Below, piece by piece: positions 53,971 to 64,000 of a stretch of 64,000 nt of DNA (positions within the stretch are counted from its first letter, which is position 1; every line of letters begins with the position of its first letter). Source of the stretch: Squalus acanthias (taxonomy: Eukaryota); contig CM059432.1 in NCBI GenBank assembly GCA_030390025.1, positions 70,434,001 to 70,498,000 of the forward strand, written 5' to 3'. Below the pieces are notes generated by a model. That model was given only the letters and a program-made list of their open reading frames with translations. It was not told the origin of the DNA and did no database searches. A program made the translations under genes and the position numbers.

Positions 53971-54294
53971 ATACATATTATCATAGTGTCTAGGTTTTCA
54001 TGATATAACCAACCATGTAACATATCATTTAAAGAGTATTGTATTGGTCACCTAGATAGTATTTGAAAAACTTCCAAGCAGGCTGTTTTTTATTTTGATA
54101 ATTAATTCCATTAAGAGACCTGGAGAAGGGGTTGAAGTAAATGGGAGAAAACCTCCAATAAATGAACCCAATCATAGAGGTTTTGAAATAGAACTAACAA
54201 GGATATGCATAGATTACATTTTATGAACTTTGTTAAAAAGCAATTTGCTATATTACTTGGTAGTTTACAGGGCTTATCCAATTAGTAATTTGCA

Positions 54295-55188
54295 TGTGAG
54301 GCCTTGGATTCCTGCCCGCAGCCAGCCAGATTGAGACGCTGGCTGGCTGTGGGCGGGTAGGCCTCAGTTGCGGAGAGGGAGCAAGGGGTCAGTCCGAGGG
54401 GGGGAGGGGGGTACGTCAGGGATCGTCTGGCTGGGTGGTCGGTCCGGGGGGGTGGGTGCATCGGGGATCGTCTGGCTGGGGGGTCGGTCCGGGGAGTGCG
54501 TCAGGGATCGTCTGGCTGGGGGGTCGGTTGTGGGGGTGCGTCAGGGATCGTCTGGCTGGGGGGTCGGTTGGGGGGGGTGCGTTGGGGATTGTCTGGCTGG
54601 GGGGTCGGTCCGGGGGGGTGCGTCAGGGATCGTCTGGTTGGGGGGGGTGCGTTGGGGATTGTCTGGCTGGGGGGGTCGGTCGGTGTGGGGTGGGGGGTGC
54701 ATCGGGGATTGTCTGGCTGGGGGGTCGGTCCGGGGGTGCGTCAGGGATCGTCTAGCTGGGGGATCGGCAGGGGAGGATCGCGGGAGTGCAGGATTGGGGA
54801 TGGGGGGGATGGCAGTTGGGTTTGAGGATCGGGGGCGGGGGGAGGAGAGAGGATTGTGGCCAGCCTCCGCATCATCGGAGGAGGGAGGCCTCATGGTGGG
54901 GATCGGAGGCCTCGTGGTGGGGTCTCCGATCGCGGAGGGGTTAGTTAGGGACCTTGGATCCAGGAGGTAGGTATAAACCTGCTTACCTCCTGGATGCAGC
55001 AGTCCCCGCCTCTGTTTAACTGCTGGGTTTCACGAATTGTGTGAAACCTGTCCACAAGCAGTTAAATTCAAAATGGAGGTGAAAAAAGAGGCTTCCAGCC
55101 TCATTACAAGAGGTGGGAATCCCAATCTTTAACACTTTAATTGCCCCCATGCTCCAAACACACCCGTTTTTTAGGGGAAAATTCGGCC
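54295..55188 (+). mobile_element. Truncated Harbinger-like MITE (family of 24548-25421) with internal G-rich minisatellite
   Basis: Strong similarity to 24660-25421 including the end ggggaaaattcggcc. Confidence 0.75.
54412..54765. repeat. G-rich minisatellite, ~30-45-bp unit, about 9 copies
   Basis: Repeats of gggatYgtctggctggggggtcggtccggggggtgcgtca. Confidence 0.85.
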
Positions 55189-56864
55189 ATAGCCTGTGTG
55201 CGACATAAATATAATTTGAATATCAAAGTCACCTTTACAGAGTTCAATTCTACTTCATGGACCAACATTGTACGTGCCAAGCTTTTTTTGTCCTTGATGG
55301 TTTAAATTCACTTACTAAAGCAGTGAAATTAGCTTCAGAAGCAAACTAAATGATGTACTGATCTAATTTTGGTCTATTATTTTGATTGGATGTGTGCTTG
55401 ACAAACTTAACCACTGGATCGATCCCATGTCCATCACTGAGAAACCAGTTAGTGGAATTAGATGTCATCAATCGGGGTGACCGTGGGAGCAGTACAATTG
55501 GTCGCAACATCACTAGGCTGGAGTGGGGAGATACATCAACTGGGATTGATTTCTCGGGTTTTCATTTCTGACTGCTGTACAGTTCCTGCTGGAAAGTGAA
55601 CTTGTGGATGTTGCTTGGTGTCTTTGCTCACACATGAAGAATGGCCTCTTAATATGGTACTCGAAGGCAGCAGGTGCCTGTGGAACCACACTACAGAACA
55701 AGCCAGTACCTTAAGTAAAGGAGAAAATTAAAATGTGGGAAAAGAAACTGTTAGTGTTGCAATTTTCAGGCCCACACCTAAGAATACAGACATATGCAAT
55801 CTGCAAGTTAAGTTTATAATGTATTATGCCCACCACTATTCTTAGTCAGTTCAGCTGGTAGCATTAAGAATTATGTCTCCTGTGTAGGTGTCTCAAGCTT
55901 AACACACAAACAATGTGATGGCTGGTGCATCTATTTGATGTCATTCTTACCAAGGTCTTCTGTTTGTATCTTTTGCATTTAGAACACCTCAACCGGGTGC
56001 ACCATTGTCTTCTTAGTTACCTCAGCTGGTTGCAACACAGACTCGTGTCTCCTGTCTTTCATTTGATGTCATTTTTACGAAGGCATATGTTTCTTTAATT
56101 TTCTGTGCTTCATTTGAAAGTGTTGGTTTAAGACACCTTAACAGGGTATATCATTGTGTTCTTTCCAATGCTTCAGACTTTCAGGAACCTCCAACCTCCT
56201 GTTTCAATAAGGTTATTGATTCCGTGTCAACAACTTATCTTATCTCAATAGCCTGCATGCTGTTTACAGCTTCTCCATTGTTAGGTTTTTAGATTTTCAA
56301 ACCCAGTTTGTCATGTTTTAATAAAGTCAAAATTATTTCATAGGATGGTGTATTTTTCTGAATAGGTATATTGCTTATTCCTTCACAAACATACATTGCC
56401 CCCTGCCCCAGTTTGACATTAAATACTGTGTTTCCTTTTTTTAATTTTCTTATGCAGTCCCATGTTTGACCTTGGATTCTTGTGAATTTTAATTTAATTC
56501 AAAGGGGGAGAAATTCGGTATCGCCCCATTTGGGGCGCAATTATCGGCCGGGCGCAAAGTTTAGCGCCTGGTGCTAATTATCGCCTCTGACTGCAAACTT
56601 GGCTTTTATCGCCCCTGGAGGTGATTGGAGCACTAAATCAGGTGCTACACATCTCTCTTAAGGCGCAAAGGCTGAGAAGCGAGGCACTAGCTCAGAGCGC
56701 GGGCAAAGCTCAGGTGGTGTCGGTTAGCAATGGAACACAGACACACTGGCGCCGGCCAGTTCTTAAAGGGGAGGGTCGATCTTGCTCTCCAGCCACACCC
56801 TGCTCATTGCAGGCTTGAATCTCGTCGTAGACAGACCTGTGCCTGAAATCTTCAGCTAAGGATT

Positions 56865-58629
56865 ATGGAGAGGGTCAGGGAACGAGCTCAGCACTTCAGC
56901 GACTGGGCCTTGGAGGCTCTGGTTGGCGCAGTGGAGCGCCGAAGAGCAATACTGTACCCTGAGAATGGCAGGAGGCCATTGCCGTGCGACTACAGAAGAG
57001 TGTGGAGGGAGGTGGCTCAGCGCGTCTCCTCCAGGAGCATGGTGCCCAGGACCCATACGCAATGTCGCAAAAAGTTCAACGACCTCACTCGGGTCGTCGG
57101 GGTGAGTGGCTGTTTTTCAATACCTCTCCATTCCTCCACCTCAACCTCACTCTATGGCCAGAGGGTCTTAAAACCCCAATGCCCAACACTCATCCAAGAC
57201 CTATGGTCATCTCATAAAACACACGCGCACATTCCACACCTTGCATACATTAAGGGCTATTCAACTATGGGAGGCACATCAGGCAAGACCATGGCTGCAT
57301 ATTTACTCAGACGCTGTCCTTTTTCTTGCAGGCCAAGCTATCTCATAATAGGCGGCAGCAGCAACGGATGGGTGGAGGGCCGCCTCAGCTGCAACCCCTC
57401 AGCGATCTTGAGGCACGCGTCCACAGGATTGTGGCAAGCCAGGTGATCGGTCCCATCGCTCCTGAAGAGGCTGACCCTGTTCGGGACAGCAATGGTAAGG
57501 TCATCAGCTTTCTCTCCTCTCTCACTCCACTTATCCCTCACAACACAAGCCGTTTACACTTTCAATCCAACTTACTAAATTGCTCCAGTCCTTGCTCCCT
57601 TACTGCCGCCCTGTCTTCACGCTAAAGCCACTCTTGTACCTCCCTGCTTTCAGATGGTGATTCACCAGCTGAGGAGACGGGCCCTCAACCAGCCAGTGGG
57701 AGCGAAGCCGCAGGCGAGGAGGAAGAGGAAGCCGGAGCCTCAGCACCAGCATCTCCCGAGGAAGCCCATGCACACACAGGGACCACGTCTTCCCTGGAGG
57801 GGAGCAGGGGGAAGGGTCTGATGAGGGTGAAGCTCCGGGACCCAGCAGGCTGCAGCAACGTGATGGGGGTAGGGAAGCTCGGGGGCCTTCTCCCCAGAGG
57901 GAGAGCAGGCCAGCGAGTCCTGCTGCACTGGATGCAGAGGAGGAGCGGCTCATCGCTGAAATGAACACCCAGGCGGTGGACATGCACACTCAGCTCATGG
58001 GTGCAGTGGGAAGGGTGCCCGAAAGCATTGATGGACTGGCAAGGAGTGTGGAGCACTACGCTGCAGCACAGGCGGGCGCCACGCAAATGCTTAGTGCTGC
58101 AATTCAGTCACTGGCTGCTGTGATCCAATCTCAGACTGGTTTCATGCAGACTCAAATTGAGGCCACGCAAGCACTGACTGCTGCCATTGTTGCTGGTTCG
58201 GACACATTTCACCGGGGCTCTCACTGCGCCTCAGCAGGCCAGCAATCTGTGCTCCAGCAGATTGCTCCGGATGCTGATGTGCTGCCCTGTGGGAGTGCCA
58301 GTGTGTCGGTCGAGCAGGGAGTTGCTGTCCTCTCTCAAGATGACAGCATTCCTGCTGCCACCACTGTCACTTCCTCATTGCACTTGCCACCGCCTGTAGC
58401 CCAGACTGCTGCTGCCCATGCAGAGTTGGTGCAGTCTGCAGCTGGGCCCTCCAGGCCCAGAGCTGGTCGAGGGCATCCTTCAAGGGTATCTGTAGTCTCA
58501 GGATCTGGCATTCAGCAGCCTTCTGCCAGCCTTGCTGCAGCCACTGGGGCCCCATTACAGAGGAGCAGTAGGGTGGGAAGGGGGGAAGTGCGCCAGGGAA
58601 GATCATCACCTTCGAAGGGCAAAAAGTAG
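56865..58629 (+). pseudogene. Harbinger Myb/SANT-like DNA-binding protein gene, 3 exons (56865-57101, 57332-57494, 57654-58629), frameshift in exon 3
   Basis: FSDWALEALVGAV..WREVAQRV..RTHTQCRKKFNDL; GT-AG junctions in phase; the exon-3 entry frame differs from the ORF 57961-58629 frame. Confidence 0.8.
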
Positions 58630-58958
58630 GAGGTCTCAAGAAATGTTGGGAATGTTTTTATTAAAGGCCGAGGTTCGTGTGATAACTTTTGTTTAGTGTT
58701 TTGGCCATTATCTCCAGGTTGTGAGAACCAGTTATGTTAATTCATGATTTGTTGTGTTTGTTTCTATTAGTTTGTCATGAATAAATGACACACGCAGAGT
58801 TTGTAAAATAAAAAAGTTTTTGTATTCAAAATGTACATGTTTGGCCTTTGGAATCATTGCTGCCTTGGCTGGCTATAGGGGTTGCTTTCCATCATGTTGT
58901 TCTCCATGCCAGAAGCCATTTCCTGAGTAGAGGCCTAGAAGCGGCTTGTTATCAGTCT

Positions 58959-61456
58959 TTAACGGACGGCCCTTGCAGTTTCAACATTGTGGGCCTCCCT
59001 CCCGCCTTGGTGCTGCTGCTGATCATCCTCTTCCTCCTCCTCTTCCTCCGGTGGTGCACCAAGGCCTGGTGGCATTGGCTGGGTCCTGAGGATTGCAAGG
59101 TTATGAAGAATGCAGCAAACAACTATGAAGAGGGAGACTCGCTCAGGCGAGTACTGCAGGGCTCCTCCTGAGTGGTCCAGACAGTGGAACCGTTGCTTGA
59201 GCACACCGATCGTCTGCTCAATGATGTTCCTGGTGGCAAGATGGCTCTCATTGTACCACAGCTCAGCAGGGGTGTTGGGGTTACAGAGCGGTGTCATCAG
59301 CCAGGTGCAGAGTGAATAACCCTTGTCTCCGAGGAGCCAATCACTTGGCTGATGCGCTGCCTGGAAAAGTTCTGGCACACCAGTCTGGCACAGGATGAAA
59401 ACATTGTGGGTGCTGCCAGGATAGCGGGCATTGACAGCGAGTATCAGCTGTCTGTGGTCACAGACTAACTGGACATTTAAGGAGTGGAACCCCTTGCGGT
59501 TTCGGAAAAGTGTAAGGTTTCCAAAATTTGAAGATCCCCAAAACCTAAGGAAAAAGGACTTTGGAACTACCTCAGAGTGATAAAAATGCATTTGGGCCTA
59601 ACATAAGGAATTTAAGACCAAAAACCAAGTTTTGGCATTTTTAAAACTATATCTGGGCCTGTAAAGGAACAAAAGGTGGGAACAACCTCTGTAAAAGCAG
59701 TTTTTGGATATTGCAGTTAATTGCAATGTCTGGGGAACCGGGATGACCTCACTCAAAGCCCCAGCAAGCATTAACATTTTGACAATAGACCCTAGGCGAA
59801 GACAGTCCCACCCAAAACAACAGGTCCCATCAAAACCGTTTACAGAACCCATTAAAGACATGCATAAAGCAAATATTCTATAGAAGTCCTAGGCCCAGTC
59901 AAGAAACCCAAAACATGAGGACAATTCAAACCCCGATTAAACAACAGATCGACAGGATGGAGCTATCCTGAAACCACTTCACACATTTACAAAACCAGTT
60001 AACACGCTAGTAAAGTCGTTACTGTTAACGAGGCCTCAAATTGAAAGGCTGTTTTCTCAAGAAGGCCCATCAAGCAGTTCAGCAGTTACAACAGAAGGCA
60101 GTTCTGCAGTTTCGAGTTCAATTTTAAAAGCCTGTTTTCAGCAGAAGTCAGTGCTGGAGTTAGAGTTCAGGAGAAGCAAGTTGGGCAGTTAAAGAATACA
60201 GTTCCGTAAGAAGGGAGTTCTCCAGCACAACAGTTCAAGTTCGAGTTCTCCAGTAGAGTTACACAGAAACAAATTCAACAAGAAAGCAACAAGCAGGACA
60301 GCAGCAGCAAGGAGTTCAACAGCAGTTCTGCAGAAGGCAGTTCCACAGTTCTGCAAGAAGGCAATTCCACAGCTCGGAAGAAGACAGTTTAAACAGAGGC
60401 AGAGTTCAACAAAGAAGGCCAACAGCTCCAGAAGCAGGCCGACACGCAAGAAGAAACCAGAGCAACAGTTCCAGTGACCATCAGACACCTCGCGGCAACA
60501 AGGGCCTTACGAAACCTTTTACGCAGAAGACTCTAAACCCTAACTCTCAACTGTCAAGGATTCGTTTGGTGAGCATTATCCCTGGTTCTCCAGAGCCCAA
60601 CCTAGCTAGTGAAGTGGGATTGGGAGGGGTGAAGTATTCTCCTAATGTTATTTCCCTCGCTTGTACCGAAGTGTTCCCCACTTTTAGAGTGTTAAGAGTG
60701 TTTGTGTTGTGTTTTTACTTTCTTGAATAAAGATTGAAGTTCTTTCATCAAACTCAGTTGTCTGCTGCACCTTTGTATCACAACCCCCAAATAAGTCCAA
60801 GGTCTAGAACCAAGGGAGTGGGAGCGATTTGAACCGCTCAGAAGTCAGAGGTAAAGCTGACACAAAACCACCACCCCCTACAAAAGCTCTGCATTCTCAT
60901 GCGGTGCCCGCAATGCCACATGCGTGCAGTCAATGGCGCCCTGCATCATGGGGAAGCCCACTATCCTCGCAAAGCCCAATGCGCATTCATGCTGTTTGGC
61001 CCGGGTCATCGGGAAAGAGATGTACTGGCGTCTCCTTTTATAGAGGGCATTTGTGACCTCCCGGATACAGCAATGGACCGCAAACTGGGAGATATTGGCG
61101 ATGTCCTCAGTAGCTGCTTGAAAGGAGCCGGTGGCATAAAAATTCAGAGCCACTGTCACCTTCACTGCCACCGACAGAGACGTCCTGGTCCTCAGTTGAG
61201 GCTGCAGATCTGGTTGTAGCAGGTGGTAGAGCTCAGTGACCACCTCCTTGCTGAAGCGCAGCCTGCGCAAACACTGCTTCTCAGACAAATGAATGTAGGA
61301 GAATTGTTCCCAGAATACCCTGGGAGGGTAAGGCCTCCTATGCAGAGGCCTGTTGGTACTCCTCCCTCTGGCCATGGTTGCCACTCTCTCTCTGCGTCTC
61401 TGATGCCTCCGATTCTGCAGGTGCAGGACGACGGCCCGAATCAGTGCAGCCCCCAT
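58959..61456 (-). pseudogene. Harbinger (HARBI1-like DDE) transposase split by a solo LTR
   Basis: RRLRFSKE, VAVKVTVALNFYATGSFQ, GAIDCTH | RNRKGFHSLNVQLVCD, LLGDKGY, IIEQTIGVLKQRF, CCILHNLA. Removing 59507-60882 gives a 373-aa open frame. Confidence 0.9.
59511..60882 (+). mobile_element. Solo LTR (Gypsy or ERV type)
   Basis: Begins TGTA and ends TACA; 4-bp TSD AAAG (59507-59510, 60883-60886); AATAAA at 60726-60731; no coding region. Confidence 0.87.
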
Positions 61457-62244
61457 TGTCTCTTGACAATCGAAGTAATGAAGGTCAAATCCAAAAGAAC
61501 CTGCAAAGTGATGCTCAGTAGCCAAAACTACTTCACACAGCATTAATTCTCTGCAGAGGTCTCTCTCTGTCAGAATGAGTGGTGCAAAAATGTCTCCCAC
61601 AAAAAAAGGCAGGAAGAGGGCACCTTTAAATAGCGCTCCCCCAGCCCCTTGCCGACTGCAAAATGTTCCAGTCTCCCTGTCGTTGCTGGCGGAAAGGAAG
61701 GGGGCGCCACCGGGGCGTTGCACAGGCAACTGACATCACGATCTGCGGGCGCAGGAGATCGGGGTGGTAGAGTTTAGCGCCGTTGCAAAAACTCGTCAAT
61801 TTCGTGAGTGGCGCAAACATCACCGCGCCCGGGCGCTAGTTGCATTGCGCCCTCTTAGGGCGCTAACAGGAGGCACTAAGCAACCAAATTTTTCCCCCTA
61901 ATTATTTGTTGAGCTTCCTGAAAGTTTAAATATAGCACATCATCAGGAGTGCCACTACCTATTTTAAGCATAACAATTTCAAAGAGGTCAGAGATTGGTC
62001 AGGCAATATCTTCCCTTTCTAAATGCGTTCGATACTAAGACATTGTTACGTAGCTACTCCTCCAGCCTGCTCTTAAAATAGATCCCATTCTGGCACCTGT
62101 TATGGTTAGGCTATAATTACCTAGATCAAATTTGTTCTCTTTTTCCCCCTGTTTCCGGTCCTGCAGAGCCACATCAGTGTTCAGCAGTTCTTCCATGACC
62201 ATAGCCAGTGCCCCATTAAATCTATTTGATTTCCGGCTCTTCCC

Positions 62245-62281
62245 AGTTCTGATGAAAGGTCATCGACCTGAAACGTTAACT
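62245..62281 (+). ncRNA. Minimal type I hammerhead ribozyme, copy 1
   Basis: AGUU-CUGAUGA-A-AGGUC-AUC-GACCU-GAA-ACGU-U-AACU. Confidence 0.82.
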
Positions 62282-62582
62282 CTCTTTCTCTCTCCACGGA
62301 TGCTGCCTGGCCTGCTGAGTTTTTCCAGCGTTTTCTGTTGTTATTTCGGATTTCCAGCATCCGCAGTATTTTGCTATCGTATTAATGTTTGGTTCACTGC
62401 CACCTCTCTTCTTGGAATGCCTACCTTGAAGAAGTTCTGCTCTTCTCTTCGACGGGATTTCCGTTTGGCTCTTCTCTTAATATCTCTTAATGTCTCTTCA
62501 TCTCCACCTTTGTTCCTTCATCCCCTCCCCCTTTTTCCAGCTTTACGCTGGCCTTAAATCTATTTGATTTCCGGCTCTTCCC

Positions 62583-62619
62583 AGTTCTGATGAAAGGTCA
62601 TCGACCTGAAACGTTAACT
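62583..62619 (+). ncRNA. Minimal type I hammerhead ribozyme, copy 2
   Basis: Identical to copy 1. Confidence 0.82.
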
Positions 62620-62920
62620 CTCTTTCTCTCTCCACGGATGCTGCCTGGCCTGCTGAGTTTTTCCAGCGTTTTCTGTTGTTATTTCGGATTTCCAGCATCT
62701 GCAGTATTTTGCTATCGTATTAGTGTTTGGTTCACTGCCACCTCTCTTCTTGGAATGCCTACCTTGAAGAAGTTCTGCTCTTCTCTTCGACGGGATTTCC
62801 GTTTGGCTCTTCTCTTAATGTCTTTTAATGTCTCTTCATCTCCACCTTTGTTCCTTCATCCCCTCCCCCTTTTCCCAGCTTTACCCTGGCCTTAAATCTA
62901 TTTGATTTCCGGCTCTTCCC

Positions 62921-62957
62921 AGTTCTGATGAAAGGTCATCGACCTGAAACGTTAACT
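62921..62957 (+). ncRNA. Minimal type I hammerhead ribozyme, copy 3
   Basis: Identical to copy 1. Confidence 0.82.
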
Positions 62958-64000
62958 CTCTTTCTCTCTCCACGGATGCTGCCTGGCCTGCTGAGTTTTT
63001 CCAGCGTTTTCTGTTGTTATTCCCCATTACTTTCTGCTTGGTTTCCTTTAGCACCCTAGATGCATACCATCTCAACCAGGTATCTGCCATTACTATGGAG
63101 AGCTTTTCGCAAAACAGTTAAGACTCTTTGACAGTTGGTCATGAAGCAAAACTCCACCGTGCATAGTGCAAGGATATAATTAAGTGAATTTCATAGAACT
63201 AACACTATTTCTGAGAGGAAGATTTCAAGTGTTAATATTGATCTGATGTGCATAGAATATAATCTGAACAAAGCCTTTGTTTTTTCATTAGACAATAAGA
63301 ATTTTAAACAGTGTCCATCCCAGTGAATGGCCAAATGTTTTAATTACACACAAGCCTTTATACATAGCCCAGACCTTTTCTTTGGTGTGACTGCAAGTTT
63401 TAGCTCTTCCTGGGATGGAAGAGATGCAAATCCAGACACAGCCATGGAAGAAGGGAACAATTATCAATAACACAACTGCTAAATTGTCCTTTTTAATGGT
63501 AACACATCCTCTTCCAACTGCAGTATAGGAAACACCTGTATGAGCATTATTAGATTTACAATTTATTGGGAGGGTATCTACCAGCATTTTGATTTTGTTT
63601 TTGATTATGTCTGTGAAACACCTTGGGAGGTTTTTCTATGTTAAAGTGCTATATAAATGCAAGTAGTTTTTAAACACTTTTATATCCAATGTACATGCTG
63701 TGCATTTCCAAAGCTGCTGTTAAGGTTCAAAACGATATTATATTACTATTTACCATTTTGAAGAGTGTTCCTCCTAAACAGCTCCTAAATCAGTTTATAT
63801 TAAGCAACAGGCGATACTCAGTTTGGTTAGTCTGATCTCAAAGTTGATTGTTTTCATGTAACAGGAGCTACTACAGAAGATATATGTTCTTTCAAGGATA
63901 GACAATTCCTACCAGCCTACACAGCAAGTTTTAACTGTCTTTAAAGATTGTGAGGGGCTCAGGTGGATAGCCCCCAAAACGGGCGAGGGGATCGCGATGT

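Larger units (their letters stand above)
56504..61898. mobile_element. Full-length two-gene PIF/Harbinger DNA transposon
   Basis: TIR GGGGGAGAAATTCGGT / ACCAAATTTTTCCCCC, flanks AAA/TAA (imperfect 3-bp TSD); convergent Myb/SANT and transposase genes. Confidence 0.92.
62219..63021 (+). mobile_element. Tandem array (338-bp unit, about 2.4 copies) of Penelope-type terminal repeats, each with a hammerhead; retrozyme-like
   Basis: CUGAUGA cores at 62249, 62587 and 62925 (period exactly 338); TSD CCCCATTA (62211-62218, 63022-63029). Confidence 0.9.
61902..63290 (-). mobile_element. Old degenerate CR1 RT fragment that hosts the hammerhead array
   Basis: Joining across the array gives SRVLKETKQKVMGALAMVMEELLNTDV, matching the CR1 PRVLKE..IAGAL..SL.TG region; further GRYCLTNL and DVLYLNFQ remnants. 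Confidence 0.6.

Noticed and set aside
54368..54970. 200-aa Gly-rich ORF and overlapping ORFs
   Set aside because: Artefact of the G-rich minisatellite in a MITE.
55513..55710. Minus-strand acceptor-like site (tttctcctttacttaag) followed by ~60-codon open frames; possible exon of a neighbouring gene
   Set aside because: No recognisable protein similarity and no partner exons identified.
58959..61456. Domesticated HARBI1 host gene
   Set aside because: Flanked by TIRs, paired with a Myb/SANT gene and disrupted by an LTR, which indicates a transposon copy.
62113..62218. Apparent minus-strand exon ending in a gtaatt donor
   Set aside because: The translation matches the CR1 ORF2 region upstream of RT and continues across the array insertion.
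62132..62895. ORFs of 141 and 101 aa with repeated peptide
   Set aside because: By-products of the 338-bp tandem repeat, not host genes.
62219..63021. Regularly spaced repeats as a possible CRISPR array
   Set aside because: Units are wholly repeated with no unique spacers; eukaryotic context and no cas genes.
63288..63587. 99-aa minus-strand ORF with a hydrophobic stretch
   Set aside because: No recognisable domain or splice context; adjacent to degenerate LINE sequence.
63953..64000. GC-rich start (aggggctcagg...) of another possible DNA transposon
   Set aside because: Truncated by the window edge, so TIR and TSD cannot be verified.

Overview
Vertebrate genomic DNA, most likely a cartilaginous fish (inferred from an HE1-like V-SINE, Deu-domain-type SINEs and abundant CR1/L2 LINEs). 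The + strand carries 12 coding exons (probably exons 2-13; the start exon lies upstream) of TGS1/PIMT, the trimethylguanosine synthase. They splice in one frame to a stop at 52131. One intron (23401-26234) is a minor-spliceosome AT-AC intron splitting the methyltransferase domain, and the last intron is about 25.7 kb of nested transposons. Notable mobile DNA: (i) minimal type I hammerhead ribozymes in three Penelope-type settings, namely a 338-bp tandem array with three hammerheads (retrozyme-like), a 99-bp-arm palindrome with a hammerhead on each strand, and a young RT+GIY-YIG element; (ii) a two-gene PIF/Harbinger transposon whose transposase frame is broken only by a 1372-bp solo LTR; (iii) Harbinger remnants and MITEs; (iv) a nested CR1 cluster flanked by an ~82-bp direct repeat. 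All calls come from reading the sequence without database searches, and repeat boundaries are approximate unless TSDs/TIRs are given.
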